From Thermoplasmata archaeon (GTDB lineage Archaea > Thermoplasmatota > SW-10-69-26 > JACQPN01 > JAJPHT01), in NCBI GenBank assembly GCA_034667685.1, contig JAXDQU010000105.1, forward strand, positions 1 to 45,576: DNA of 45,576 bases, given 5' to 3'. Position numbers and translations under genes: made by a program. A model generated the notes under the pieces. That model made no database searches. It saw only the letters and a list, made by a program, of their open reading frames with translations, and was not told the origin of the DNA. Positions 45,023 to 45,576 of the stretch are shown one piece after another. How positions within the stretch are numbered: position 1 is the first letter of the stretch; each line of letters opens with the position of its first letter.

Positions 45023-45576
45023 TCAGCGGAGCGTGATCGTCTTGTCCGTGCCGAAGGTCGAGGGCGACTTGAAGTCGGCCGAGACCGGGCTGCCGATCTC
45101 GGGGATCAGCGTCATGGACACGGGCGTGCGGGTGTCGAGCTCGGCGCCCGCGGGCCAAGTGTAGACCTGGACCTGGACGAGGTCGCCGCTGGACATGACC
45201 GCGGAGTTGTTCGTGCCGCGGACCCAGGTCGGGGTGAAGCTGACGCCATCGGCGTTGTTGCCGTACGCGTACGTCCAGGTGTGCTGGCCGTCCGAGTAGC
45301 GCAGGATCAGCTTCGTGAGGTCCACGGGCACCGCGCCGGCGGAGAGCTCGAGGTCGATGTTGATCAGGTCGATCTTCGAGGTCGTCGTGTCGTTGCGCGT
45401 GCCGTAGACGTTCGTGACCTTGAGGTTGGACGACACTTCCTGGGTCGCCTCCTTGCCGGTCGACTGGGCGCGCTGCTGCAGCGTGCCGGTGGTGTTGATC
45501 AGCACCGCGGCCGCGACGGCCGCGACGAGGACCATCGCGATGAACACGATCAGGGTACCGACGCCGACCTCGGCGC
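45023..45576 (-). CDS. flaB: Archaellin (5' end outside the window)
   Basis: AEVGVGTLIVFIAMVLVAAVAAAVLINTTGTLQQRAQSTG; close paralog of 44207-44773. Confidence 0.95.
   Translation of the reverse strand, partial: AEVGVGTLIVFIAMVLVAAVAAAVLINTTGTLQQRAQSTGKEATQEVSSNLKVTNVYGTRNDTTTSKIDLINIDLELSAGAVPVDLTKLILRYSDGQHTWTYAYGNNADGVSFTPTWVRGTNNSAVMSSGDLVQVQVYTWPAGAELDTRTPVSMTLIPEIGSPVSADFKSPSTFGTDKTITLR

Noticed and set aside
44560-45576. Near-identical DNA shared by the two archaellin genes
   Set aside because: Explained by the conserved archaellin N-terminal helix in recent paralogs.

Overview
High-GC (~70%) archaeal chromosomal DNA. The markers are a class I LysRS, an archaellum operon, TrmB, NucS and BRE/TATA promoters with mostly leaderless starts; the lineage is probably an uncultured Thermoplasmatota (inference). 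About 43 genes and tRNA-His(GUG) are present. Regulators and DNA enzymes: TrmB, RHH, HxlR and wHTH regulators, an EEP nuclease/phosphatase, a SWIM-SNF2 helicase, NucS and a VapBC pair. Envelope and secreted proteins: a 1243-aa protein with six near-identical Ig-like repeats plus an SGNH hydrolase, a MacB-type ABC/S-layer-like operon followed by a cupredoxin, three beta-propeller lipoproteins, GT-C and GT4 glycosyltransferases, a membrane-anchored wHTH regulator, a Cys-rich micro-protein and an apparent two-module polyprotein with an internal signal peptide. Metabolism and motility: bacterial-type RibA, LysS, a GST-family protein, two HAD hydrolases, a mevalonate-pathway decarboxylase probably starting at CTG, and arlB-arlB-arlD/E-F-G-H-I-J (cut at the window end). 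The most unusual unexplained signal is non-coding: at least eight intergenic palindromes whose arms are tandem 6-, 7-, 8- or 9-mers. These include two 91-bp REPIN-like copies that bracket arlJ and whose central loops are inverted relative to each other. No CRISPR array, transposase, integrase or reverse transcriptase was seen.
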